Source of the DNA: Nitrospirota bacterium
GTDB taxonomy: Bacteria; Nitrospirota; Thermodesulfovibrionia; UBA6902
Direction of reading: 5' to 3'
Length of the DNA stretch: 64,000 nt
Assembly: GCA_016207885.1 (NCBI GenBank)
Contig: JACQZE010000027.1
Span: forward strand, 11,944-75,943
Shown: positions 18,165-26,139 of the stretch, one piece after another
Layout of the letters: each line of letters opens with the position of its first letter
Position numbering within the stretch: the stretch's first letter is position 1
Translations under genes and position numbers: made by a program
Notes under the pieces: generated by a model
Database searches by the model: none
What the model was told of the DNA's origin: nothing
What the model saw: only the letters and a program-made list of their open reading frames with translations

Positions 18165-18227
18165 ATGAAAAAAATAAAATATATCGCGCCGAAGATTGTC
18201 GGCAGTGCGGTTGTTCATCCCTGCTAA
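18165..18227 (+). CDS. Conserved 20-aa small ORF (peptide A: MKKIKYIAPKIVGSAVVHPC); novel small peptide or leader peptide
   Basis: A strong Shine-Dalgarno (aAAGGAGGtgtgaa) lies 6 nt before the ATG at 18165, and the ORF ends with TAA at 18225-18227. A paralogous copy at 21257 differs mostly at synonymous codon positions. A hairpin plus T-run follows at 18249-18289. Confidence 0.55.
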   Translation: MKKIKYIAPKIVGSAVVHPC

Positions 18228-18248
18228 AGGTGAAGCTGGGTATTGAGA

Positions 18249-18289
18249 CAGGATATCTTCAGCTCTTCATGGAGATATCCTGATTTTTT
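18249..18289 (+). terminator. Rho-independent terminator or attenuator hairpin immediately downstream of sORF A
   Basis: CAGGATATCTtc(agctcttcat)ggAGATATCCTG forms a stem of about 10-12 bp and is followed by ATTTTTT at 18283-18289. It ends only 8 nt before the ATG of the downstream gene at 18298 and abuts that gene's AGGA ribosome-binding site. Confidence 0.5.
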
Positions 18290-18297
18290 CAGGATAC

Positions 18298-20340
18298 ATG
18301 GTAAAATCTTTTGTGTTTATGAAACGTTTAATCCTATTAAACGCCTTTTTGATTCTAATTCTGGCGCCTCTGAAATCTTTCTCTGCTGTTATTGAAGGAG
18401 TTGTGCTTTTCGAAAACGGCCCTGTTGAAGACTCATGCGTATCTGCATACAGCAGCTTCAGGGATATTGAAAAGGGGACCCCGTCATTCGTCTCCGCTAC
18501 AGGAGAGAAAAAAGGATTCTACAAACTTGACCTGCCTCCGGGAACTTATTTCCTGATCGCATCCGGACAGTCTTATGGTAAAAAATATTTCTCCTATCAC
18601 GGCGCAAACCCGATCAAGATAGAGTACAAAAACCTGTGGATACCTTTTATGGCTGTTTCTGAAACAGCAGTGAGTTTGAAAGAATCATCTTCCACGAAGC
18701 TTTCAGGCAAAGTCCTCTTTAAAAACAACCCTGTCAAAAACGCACATGTGTCGATATATCCTCTGGCAGCGGGAAGTTTCAGGGGCATGGGCTTTCTTAC
18801 AAGCACAACTGATGACAACGGGATTTTCAGCATGGGCATTGAGCCCGGGGAATATGTTGTTATAGCGCGAAAGAGGACCGGCAACAGCGGTATGACGCCT
18901 CTCGAAAAAGGCGACCTCTTCTGCTATCCAGCAGCCAATCCAGTGAATATCGCGGAGTTGAAAGAAATACAGGTGGAGATCCCATGTTATCCTAAAGACG
19001 ACCTCAAGGCCTTTCTAAATGAGGATGCTTATCCGGCGCTTCTGGTAAAAAAATCTGACGTGAACAGTATGAGATTCAGAGAGAATACAATTAATGAGGC
19101 GCGGGATCTATTCAGGATAAAAGGAAGAGCAACTGACTTAATGGGTAATCCGGTGAAAGACCTCTACGTTATGGCTTACAAGGGAAAGCCTTCGGATATG
19201 TTTCAGATGCATTATGTCAGGACCATGCCGGATTATATGGTCAGGGCCGATGAGAAAGGGAATTACTCGATCGACGCGGCAGCAGGCGCATATTACCTTG
19301 TTGCCCGGCAGCTTGTCGGAGAGGCTCCGGTCAAAGGCGAGTACTATGGGCTTTATGAAGCTAACGCAAACCACCTGTTTATAATTAATGACAAATCGCA
19401 TGATGCTGTAAATATTTTTGTAAACAGGGTGATGGCGGAAGAACAGCAGAGGGATAAAAGCATAGATCCTGAATCCGTAATCCGCAATTATGAATACAAA
19501 GGGGATATTGTTATTGATAAAAATACGGAATGGAGTGGAAAGATAACAATCAATGGGATCATTCATGTAGCCCGCGGTGCCATACTGACCATTGATCCGG
19601 GAACGACTGTCAGATTTAAGAAAGTTGACCGGACAAGGGACGGAGTTGGAGACGCAATGATAAAAGTAAGCGGCAGGCTTGAGGCGCTGGGCTCTGCGAT
19701 AAGACCCATCAGATTTACTTCCGCTGAGACAACGCCGGATAAGGCAGACTGGTCTTACCTCCTGTTTTTTGTGTCAGGAGATGAGAGCATTATAAGCCAC
19801 TGTATATTTGAATATGCTTTTTCCGGTGTTCAGGCGCATTTCTCGAAAGTGGTAATTAAAGACTCAGTCTTCAGGGATAATTATGAAGGCATAAGGTTCG
19901 GCAGGGCTGATCTTCGCATTGACCATAATGACATTTTTGATAATACTTACGGCGTCAGGCATACAAGGGTTGAAGAGCCTGTCGAAATCACACACAACAA
20001 CATCAGAAATAACGGGGTCGGCATTTTCCTTGTGCCGTCGAATCAGAATATAGTGGATTTTTCAGACACATTCGACAAAAAGGACGCCATTGCACGCAAA
20101 CAGTTTATTGTCACTTACAATAATATTGCTTATAATACGGAATATAATTACAGAATGGGTGAAAGGCAGGGATATGATATTATGATTAAAGAAAATTGGT
20201 GGGGCATGGAGCAGGAAAAGCAGATAATTGATACCATATTTGATGAGAATGAGGACAGCTCTTTGGGAAGTGTAATTTATAAACCATATCTTGTTTCTCC
20301 TGCAAAAGACGCAGGCGCGATAAGGGGGGGAGTATTATGA
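18298..20340 (+). CDS. Secreted protein with three N-terminal carboxypeptidase-regulatory-like (CarbopepD_reg) domains fused to a C-terminal right-handed parallel beta-helix (NosD/CASH-like) domain
   Basis: Signal peptide (MKRLILLNAFLILILAPLKSFSA). There are three GxVxxxxxPVxxAxV…DxxGxYxxxxxxGxYxxxA units (…FYKLDLPPGTYFLIASG; …IFSMGIEPGEYVVIARK; …NYSIDAAAGAYYLVARQ). The C-terminal beta-helix repeats include FRDNYEGIRF, DNTYGVRH, IRNNGVGIFL, and the protein has a terminal NWWG motif (KENWWGMEQEK). Confidence 0.8.
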   Translation: MVKSFVFMKRLILLNAFLILILAPLKSFSAVIEGVVLFENGPVEDSCVSAYSSFRDIEKGTPSFVSATGEKKGFYKLDLPPGTYFLIASGQSYGKKYFSYHGANPIKIEYKNLWIPFMAVSETAVSLKESSSTKLSGKVLFKNNPVKNAHVSIYPLAAGSFRGMGFLTSTTDDNGIFSMGIEPGEYVVIARKRTGNSGMTPLEKGDLFCYPAANPVNIAELKEIQVEIPCYPKDDLKAFLNEDAYPALLVKKSDVNSMRFRENTINEARDLFRIKGRATDLMGNPVKDLYVMAYKGKPSDMFQMHYVRTMPDYMVRADEKGNYSIDAAAGAYYLVARQLVGEAPVKGEYYGLYEANANHLFIINDKSHDAVNIFVNRVMAEEQQRDKSIDPESVIRNYEYKGDIVIDKNTEWSGKITINGIIHVARGAILTIDPGTTVRFKKVDRTRDGVGDAMIKVSGRLEALGSAIRPIRFTSAETTPDKADWSYLLFFVSGDESIISHCIFEYAFSGVQAHFSKVVIKDSVFRDNYEGIRFGRADLRIDHNDIFDNTYGVRHTRVEEPVEITHNNIRNNGVGIFLVPSNQNIVDFSDTFDKKDAIARKQFIVTYNNIAYNTEYNYRMGERQGYDIMIKENWWGMEQEKQIIDTIFDENEDSSLGSVIYKPYLVSPAKDAGAIRGGVL

Positions 20341-21203
20341 TTAAAAAAGCCGCGTTACTTTTTGTTCTGATTCTAATGTTATCAGTAACTGTAATCCATG
20401 CGGAAATTGAGACAGGCTGGATATCGGGCCGGATAATGATCAAGGACAACGGGCCATTAGCTGATGCCATGATAGTTTTCTTTGATACTCAATCAGGGCC
20501 TCCTCCATCTATCGATAAATACTTCAGGGTTCCGGACGGAATTGACGAAGTTGATGCTGAAGGCGGGTTTCGCGTATCGCTTCCTGTCGGCAAGTATTAC
20601 ATCGGAGCGATTAAAAGGGTATCTGCCGAAAAAGCCGGTCCGCCCCTGGATGGTGATTATTTCTTTATCAGTGAAGATAAAGATGGCAAACCTATACAGC
20701 ACATTATTGAGAACGGTAAGGAAGTGAAGCTTGGCACTCTCACAGATGCTGTCCCTTTTAAACGTTCGCTCCCTGAAGGAGTCACAGGGATATCAGGCAC
20801 TATCCTCGATATGGCAGATATCCCTGTTGAAGGGGCAATATTATTTGCATACTATACTGAGACACTAACTGGGATTCCGACCTTTACTTCCTATAAAACC
20901 GGAAAGGATGGCAAATATATTATCACAGTAGACACTGGAGGAGTTTATTACTTAAGGGTAAGAGACGTGTACGGAGGCGGTCCGCCTGTCCCAGGGGCTA
21001 TCATGGGAGGTTACGGGGAAGAAAAGCCTACAGCGATAGTCGCTAAAACAGGCGAGATATCTGGCGGCGTAGATATAAAAGTGATAAGGCATCTTGAAAT
21101 GGGGCCCAAACATCAGCCGGATGCAACGAACGAGAATTTCATGGAAGAGCAAATGAGAAAAATTAAACAGGAAATGGAGAATACGATTGAAAAGAAGCAA
21201 TAG
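20337..21203 (+). CDS. Secreted protein with two carboxypeptidase-regulatory-like domains (paralog of the N-terminus of the 18298 gene)
   Basis: The start overlaps the upstream stop as ATGA. Signal peptide (MIKKAALLFVLILMLSVTVIHA). CarbopepD_reg-type units are present (GRIMIKDNGPLADAMIVFF…GFRVSLPVGKYYIGA; ISGTILDMADIPVEGAILFAYY…TGKDGKYIITVDTGGVYYLRV). Confidence 0.75.
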   Translation: MIKKAALLFVLILMLSVTVIHAEIETGWISGRIMIKDNGPLADAMIVFFDTQSGPPPSIDKYFRVPDGIDEVDAEGGFRVSLPVGKYYIGAIKRVSAEKAGPPLDGDYFFISEDKDGKPIQHIIENGKEVKLGTLTDAVPFKRSLPEGVTGISGTILDMADIPVEGAILFAYYTETLTGIPTFTSYKTGKDGKYIITVDTGGVYYLRVRDVYGGGPPVPGAIMGGYGEEKPTAIVAKTGEISGGVDIKVIRHLEMGPKHQPDATNENFMEEQMRKIKQEMENTIEKKQ

Positions 21204-21256
21204 CAGATCATCAAGCCTGCTATTATACTGCGTCACGGCGTGGAAGGAGGTATAGC

Positions 21257-21319
21257 GTGAAAAAGATCAAATATGTTCCGCCCGGAATAGTCGGGAGCGC
21301 AGCTGTTCACCCTTGCTGA
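21257..21319 (+). CDS. Conserved 20-aa small ORF (peptide B: (M/V)KKIKYVPPGIVGSAAVHPC), paralog of sORF A
   Basis: A GGAGG Shine-Dalgarno (tggAAGGAGGtatagc) lies 6 nt before the GTG at 21257, and the stop is TGA at 21317-21319. Of 20 codons, 16 encode the same amino acid as sORF A; there are 9 synonymous codon changes and 4 amino-acid replacements (I>V, A>P, K>G, V>A). The sORF sits in the same position, upstream of a beta-helix gene, as sORF A. Confidence 0.5.
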   Translation: MKKIKYVPPGIVGSAAVHPC

Positions 21320-21366
21320 AATGAATGAGATATGAATGACCGGGATTTGTTGTCTTAAAATAACTT

Positions 21367-23874
21367 ATGAAATTTCTTGAAACGACATTCCTGCTTCTCA
21401 TCATTTTTATTTTATTTCCTTTTTCAGCCTCCGGAATAACCATCACAAGAGATACCGTGTGGAAAGGCGAAATAACTCTTTCAGAAGATATTGTCGTACC
21501 TGAAGGCGTTACGCTCACTATTCTATCCGGCACAGTGGTAAACATCATTCCTTCCGACAGGACAAAGAGTGAAGCCGAATATCTTTTATTCATGACCGAG
21601 ATGACAATCCGGGGCAGGCTGGAGGTTGAGGGAACCGGGGAAGCGCCAGTTGTATTCCAGGTAAAAGAGGATAAGCCTTACAGATGGGCAGGAATAATTA
21701 TTGACGGGGGGGAGGCAAATATAAAAGCGTGCAGGATTTATGATGCTGAAACAGGCCTTCTTGTAATGAACGGTTCACTTGGATTAACAGACTCGGTCCT
21801 TGAGGATAACCGGTACGGCATTGTTGCGCAGGGCGCGCAGACTTTTGTGAATATGAAAAACACGTATGTCCAAAAAAATGATCACGGCGTTTTTTCATTT
21901 GCCGGCGCAAATGTTGATTTCAGGGACAGCGTTATTGAGCATAACATGAAAAATGATCTCTACATGCCTAAGCCCGATAGTGAGAGTTTGACTGTAAAAC
22001 GCCCGGTCTTGTGTAACAGGAATAGTTATGATTTTGCGAAGGAGTTTGAAGTTCATGGTAAAGAAACAAGCAGAGAATACGGCGATGAAGTTTTGCCTGG
22101 AGATACGGTCTGGCGGGGAAGGATAGCGATTAACGGGCTGCTTAGAGTTCCTGTGAATTTCAGATTGATAATTGCTCCCGGCACGGTTGTTGAATTTAAA
22201 AAGAAGGATACAAACGGTGACGGTATCGGAGAGAACGGAATCCTGATGCAGGGAGTTCTGATTGCGAAAGGCACAAAAGATGAGCCGATCATCTTCAGGT
22301 CTGCGGAGAAACAAAAAAGACCCGGAGACTGGGATGCGATCAACATTATGAACAGTGACGGAGCACAGAATCTTGTGGAGTTCTGTCAGATAGAAAATGC
22401 ATACAGAGGGCTGCATTTCCACTTCTCAAACGTTATGGTGAGTGAATCAATTCTGAGAAATAATTATATAGGCATACAGTTTCAGGAATCAGCAGCGGAA
22501 ATAAGAGGGAGCCACATATACGGCAATAAAAACGGGATCAAAGGCAGGGATTCAGACATGAACTTTACCGGCAATTATGTCTTTGATAACATTAACGGAG
22601 TGAATCTTTTTCGTGTGAGCATGAACGCAAATGATAATACTGTGTTATACAACATGAATGACGGATTTAAGATCAGGGAAGGCATAACCGCGTTAGAGAG
22701 GAATTTTGTCGGCTGCAATAGATCCGGGCTCATGGTGAATGATGCGTTTCATGGCAGGCTCAGCAATAATGCCATTGTGAACAACTATGAGTCAGGTATG
22801 TCGTTAAAGGGTGTTGATAATCTGGATATCAGCGGTAATTTCATCCAGGGCAATGGAGTTAACGGCATCAATCTGCAAAATGCAGGAGCCGTGATCAAGG
22901 GTAATTATATTTCTGAAAACGGCGAAAGAGGCATCGGCATTCAATCGTTTACAGGAACGATAACGGAAAACAACATTGCCGGGAACGGCCTTTATGCCGT
23001 TGAGAACGAAAGCGGCAGCGATATTTCCGCTCCATCGAACTGGTGGGGAAATAAAGATGCGGCCTCAGTAATTTACGATAATAAGGATAGACATGAAAGA
23101 GGGGAGGTCTTATATTCACCTGAAATAGAAACGCCTTTAGTATTTTCATGGCCGTTAAAAAGTATTTATGCGGATGTTACATGGCCCTCGGGTATTTATT
23201 TAAATGAGCCTGTAACTGTTTATGGTTCAACCCTTGAAATCGCTCCCGGTGCGAATATTATATTTTCAAAAGGCGCGGGTTTGAAGGTTTCAGGCGGAAA
23301 GATGCTTGCACCTGGAACAAGTGATAAAAGGATAGTATTTACTTCCTCTGATAAAAATGAAGCCAGCCTGTGGGATGAAATACTTTTTGAACATGCTGAT
23401 GGGAGCGAATTCTCTTTCTGTGATTTTGAATATGCAACATGGGCTATTCACAGCCATTTTACCAGTCTGAAAATCTCAAACAGCCGATTTTTACATAATG
23501 AGGGGGGCATAAGATTCAGGAGCGGGCCAGTTGAAATCAACCGTTCGTTATTTCGGGAGAATAAGGTCGGGATAAGGTCATACTTTGGGAATGCATTGAT
23601 AGAGGAAAATGTTATATTAAATAACGATGTTGGTATATTTGTGAGAGAAAAAGGGAGTGGCCTAACCATAAAGAGTAACAATATTTATTCAAACAAGGCT
23701 TACAATGTCAGGGTTGGGGATTTTAATACTGAAGACATTGACGCGCGGAAAAACTGGTGGGGAGTCGATGACCCCGCCGTGACGATCTTTGATGCAAGAT
23801 GTGAGCCAGGTATCGGGGAAGTCATTTATGAACCGTATTTGACAGAGCCGGTGAAGCTGAATGGCGTAAATTAA
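21367..23874 (+). CDS. Secreted right-handed parallel beta-helix repeat protein (NosD/CASH-like) with NWWG motifs
   Basis: 835 aa with signal peptide MKFLETTFLLLIIFILFPFSASG. It has many beta-helix repeats (NRYGIVA, NYIGIQF, NKNGIKG, NINGVNL, NRSGLMV, NESGMSL, NGVNGINL, GERGIGI…). The motifs SNWWGNKD and KNWWGVDD resemble the KENWWG of the 18298 gene, of whose C-terminal half this protein is a paralog. Confidence 0.8.
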   Translation: MKFLETTFLLLIIFILFPFSASGITITRDTVWKGEITLSEDIVVPEGVTLTILSGTVVNIIPSDRTKSEAEYLLFMTEMTIRGRLEVEGTGEAPVVFQVKEDKPYRWAGIIIDGGEANIKACRIYDAETGLLVMNGSLGLTDSVLEDNRYGIVAQGAQTFVNMKNTYVQKNDHGVFSFAGANVDFRDSVIEHNMKNDLYMPKPDSESLTVKRPVLCNRNSYDFAKEFEVHGKETSREYGDEVLPGDTVWRGRIAINGLLRVPVNFRLIIAPGTVVEFKKKDTNGDGIGENGILMQGVLIAKGTKDEPIIFRSAEKQKRPGDWDAINIMNSDGAQNLVEFCQIENAYRGLHFHFSNVMVSESILRNNYIGIQFQESAAEIRGSHIYGNKNGIKGRDSDMNFTGNYVFDNINGVNLFRVSMNANDNTVLYNMNDGFKIREGITALERNFVGCNRSGLMVNDAFHGRLSNNAIVNNYESGMSLKGVDNLDISGNFIQGNGVNGINLQNAGAVIKGNYISENGERGIGIQSFTGTITENNIAGNGLYAVENESGSDISAPSNWWGNKDAASVIYDNKDRHERGEVLYSPEIETPLVFSWPLKSIYADVTWPSGIYLNEPVTVYGSTLEIAPGANIIFSKGAGLKVSGGKMLAPGTSDKRIVFTSSDKNEASLWDEILFEHADGSEFSFCDFEYATWAIHSHFTSLKISNSRFLHNEGGIRFRSGPVEINRSLFRENKVGIRSYFGNALIEENVILNNDVGIFVREKGSGLTIKSNNIYSNKAYNVRVGDFNTEDIDARKNWWGVDDPAVTIFDARCEPGIGEVIYEPYLTEPVKLNGVN

Positions 23875-23919
23875 CTATGACAGTTTGACATCCAGAAGCA
23901 GCTGAATTTATACAGCATT

Positions 23920-24615
23920 ATGCTTGAAAATATATTTAAAATTGTCGCTATTCTAATTGTAATATCCCTGTTTTTTGGGATTGGTAAAGCCACTGCCGTT
24001 GAGACAACTATCTTCAAAGGACACGTTTTTGACGTGGAAGGCGACGTCGTTAAAGGGACGGAGATATTTATTTACAATTCTCCAGATACCAGGAGGCCTG
24101 CTGATTTCATATCAGGTCGCACGGAAGAGGATGGATATTTTAGTATTACGCTGCCGTTCGGGAAGTATTGGGCTGTGGCGAGATTGAGGAAAGACGACAA
24201 ATATGGCCCGCTTTTGATTGGAGATAAGCATTCAGGAGAACCTGTTGAGATAGAGGTTGAAGCCGGTAAAGAACTTGTTATGAATTTTACAGTAGTGGAT
24301 ATCAGGGACGCCGGGCGTCTATCAAAAAAGACGGGAGAAGATTATTTAAGGATTAGCGGGCGTATTATTGCTGCGGACGGAAAACCGGTCAAACAGGTTT
24401 ATGCTGTGGCAAACAGGACTAATCCGGCTCCTGATATACCCGACTTCTTGTCTGCATGGACGGATATGTATGGGCGATATACCCTTTATTTACCAAAAGG
24501 CAAATATTACATTGGATATGATGATGAATTCCCAATGCATAGTTATAGAGTTTACAAGGAATTGATTATGGAATCGGACAAGGATAATTTTGATATTGTA
24601 GTTGAAAGCAAGTGA
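23920..24615 (+). CDS. Secreted protein with two carboxypeptidase-regulatory-like domains (paralog of the 20337 gene)
   Basis: Signal/anchor MLENIFKIVAILIVISLFFGIGKATA. Units FKGHVFDVEGDVVKGTEIFIY…GYFSITLPFGKYWAVARL and ISGRIIAADGKPVKQVYAVANRT…GRYTLYLPKGKYYIGYD. Confidence 0.75.
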   Translation: MLENIFKIVAILIVISLFFGIGKATAVETTIFKGHVFDVEGDVVKGTEIFIYNSPDTRRPADFISGRTEEDGYFSITLPFGKYWAVARLRKDDKYGPLLIGDKHSGEPVEIEVEAGKELVMNFTVVDIRDAGRLSKKTGEDYLRISGRIIAADGKPVKQVYAVANRTNPAPDIPDFLSAWTDMYGRYTLYLPKGKYYIGYDDEFPMHSYRVYKELIMESDKDNFDIVVESK

Positions 24616-25202
24616 CGCACATGAAGAAAATATTATCTGGTCTTCTAGTAACAGTTTTGCTTTTCACCTCCGCCGCGGAAGCCTGTGTAGGCAAGATACT
24701 CAATATAGGCATCTTGAATTCGGTTGAAGAAAATCTTCTTGCCGAATTGATCTCGGTGATGGTAAATGAGAGAACAGGCACGACTGTTAATATCAAGGTT
24801 TACAAAGATTCAAAAGAGATTTACAACGCAGTGAAGAACGAGGAAATAAGTATAGTAATTGAAAACACTGAACGCGCATTAAAGATACTGGGTCTCTCTG
24901 GAAATGAGAGTGATGCAAAGGCATATGATGTTTCCAGGGATGAGTTCAGGAGCAGATTGAACCTCATATGGCTGAAACCATTTGGAATTGTGAACATGGA
25001 AGATGACGGAGGACAATATTATTATGCTCCTGTGATCACCGAAGATGTGCTGATCAATTTCCCGGCGCTTCCGAGGCTCATAAACAAGCTTTCGGATATT
25101 ACATTGGATAAGAATTATAGAGGTATGATTATCTCTATCAAGCGCGGAGAAAAAGCCAGGAAAGCGGCAAAAGAATTTTTGAAGAAAAAGAAACTGGTAT
25201 AA
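24612..25202 (+). CDS. Hypothetical secreted/periplasmic protein
   Basis: 196-aa ORF; the ATG at 24621 gives MKKILSGLLVTVLLFTSAAEAC, a signal peptide. There are no recognisable catalytic motifs. A lysine-rich C-terminus overlaps the downstream gene start. Confidence 0.5.
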   Translation: MTHMKKILSGLLVTVLLFTSAAEACVGKILNIGILNSVEENLLAELISVMVNERTGTTVNIKVYKDSKEIYNAVKNEEISIVIENTERALKILGLSGNESDAKAYDVSRDEFRSRLNLIWLKPFGIVNMEDDGGQYYYAPVITEDVLINFPALPRLINKLSDITLDKNYRGMIISIKRGEKARKAAKEFLKKKKLV

Positions 25203-25203
25203 C

Positions 25204-26121
25204 GTGCTGCGATTGCCGAAGAATAGAAATGGAAGGATTTACGGCTACCTTTCATCGAAAGAATTAACAATAATACTTTTTACGGTCATCTGTCCTATAT
25301 TGGCAGTTGCATCTTTTTCTGAATCAATATTTCCTTTTGTTTGGTATATGATCAAGGCGCTGCTTGCACTGATAATTCTAAACCTTTTTTTTTGCACGCT
25401 TCAAAGGATAAAAACACTTTCAAGACCTGTTCTGATCATTCACCTTGGTGTGATCATTGTTTTTATTGGAGGAGGGATCAGTTCTTTCGGTTATGTCGCT
25501 ACAGTCAATATATACGAAGGAAGCACCGTTGATAAGGTCTACAGGTGGGATGTGAAACAGGACGTTTCTCCGGGAATAGAAATTACCGTAACTAAGCTGC
25601 ACGAAGAATATTATCCGGCGCCTTTAAAAGTCGGAGTACTCAGAGGCGGCGATAAGTTCGGGCTTTTTACACTGACAATCGGCGAGAGCTTTAGAGCCGG
25701 GAATTACAGGATACAGGCAGACACCCTTGATGTAACATCGCAAAAACTGAGACTAAGCGTTTTTAACGCAGACAGCTACATTGGATATGCCGATACAACA
25801 GGTGTTATGGAATTGCCTGCCGATTTTCCTTTTGATTTTAAGCTCGTGGCATACATGAATCCTGTCATTAAAAAGACATGGGTGGACCTGGTTCTTTCAA
25901 GAAATGGTGAAGTAGTCGCTGAAGGCAGTACAGGAGTGAACAGTCCTTTTACATGGCAGGGGCTGAAATTCTTTCATACCGCGACAAATAGGGATCCGGA
26001 CAGAAATCCTTTTGTAGGCATTCAAATTACAAGAGATCCCGGGATCCCGATTGTTTATGCAGGATTCTGTATTGTATTTATCGGCGGGACAGCATATTTA
26101 TTAAGAAGGATATTTTTATGA
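25204..26121 (+). CDS. Short ResB/CcsB-like membrane protein (putative cytochrome c biogenesis accessory)
   Basis: GTG start. N-terminal TM helices include an in-membrane His (LIIHLGVIIVFIGGGISSFG), a roughly 200-aa soluble loop follows, and a C-terminal TM (IPIVYAGFCIVFIGGTAYLL) closes the protein. This topology resembles the short ResB-like proteins that accompany multiheme cytochromes in Desulfobacterota. Confidence 0.4.
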   Translation: MLRLPKNRNGRIYGYLSSKELTIILFTVICPILAVASFSESIFPFVWYMIKALLALIILNLFFCTLQRIKTLSRPVLIIHLGVIIVFIGGGISSFGYVATVNIYEGSTVDKVYRWDVKQDVSPGIEITVTKLHEEYYPAPLKVGVLRGGDKFGLFTLTIGESFRAGNYRIQADTLDVTSQKLRLSVFNADSYIGYADTTGVMELPADFPFDFKLVAYMNPVIKKTWVDLVLSRNGEVVAEGSTGVNSPFTWQGLKFFHTATNRDPDRNPFVGIQITRDPGIPIVYAGFCIVFIGGTAYLLRRIFL

Positions 26122-26139
26122 CAGAAAAGGGGAAAATAG

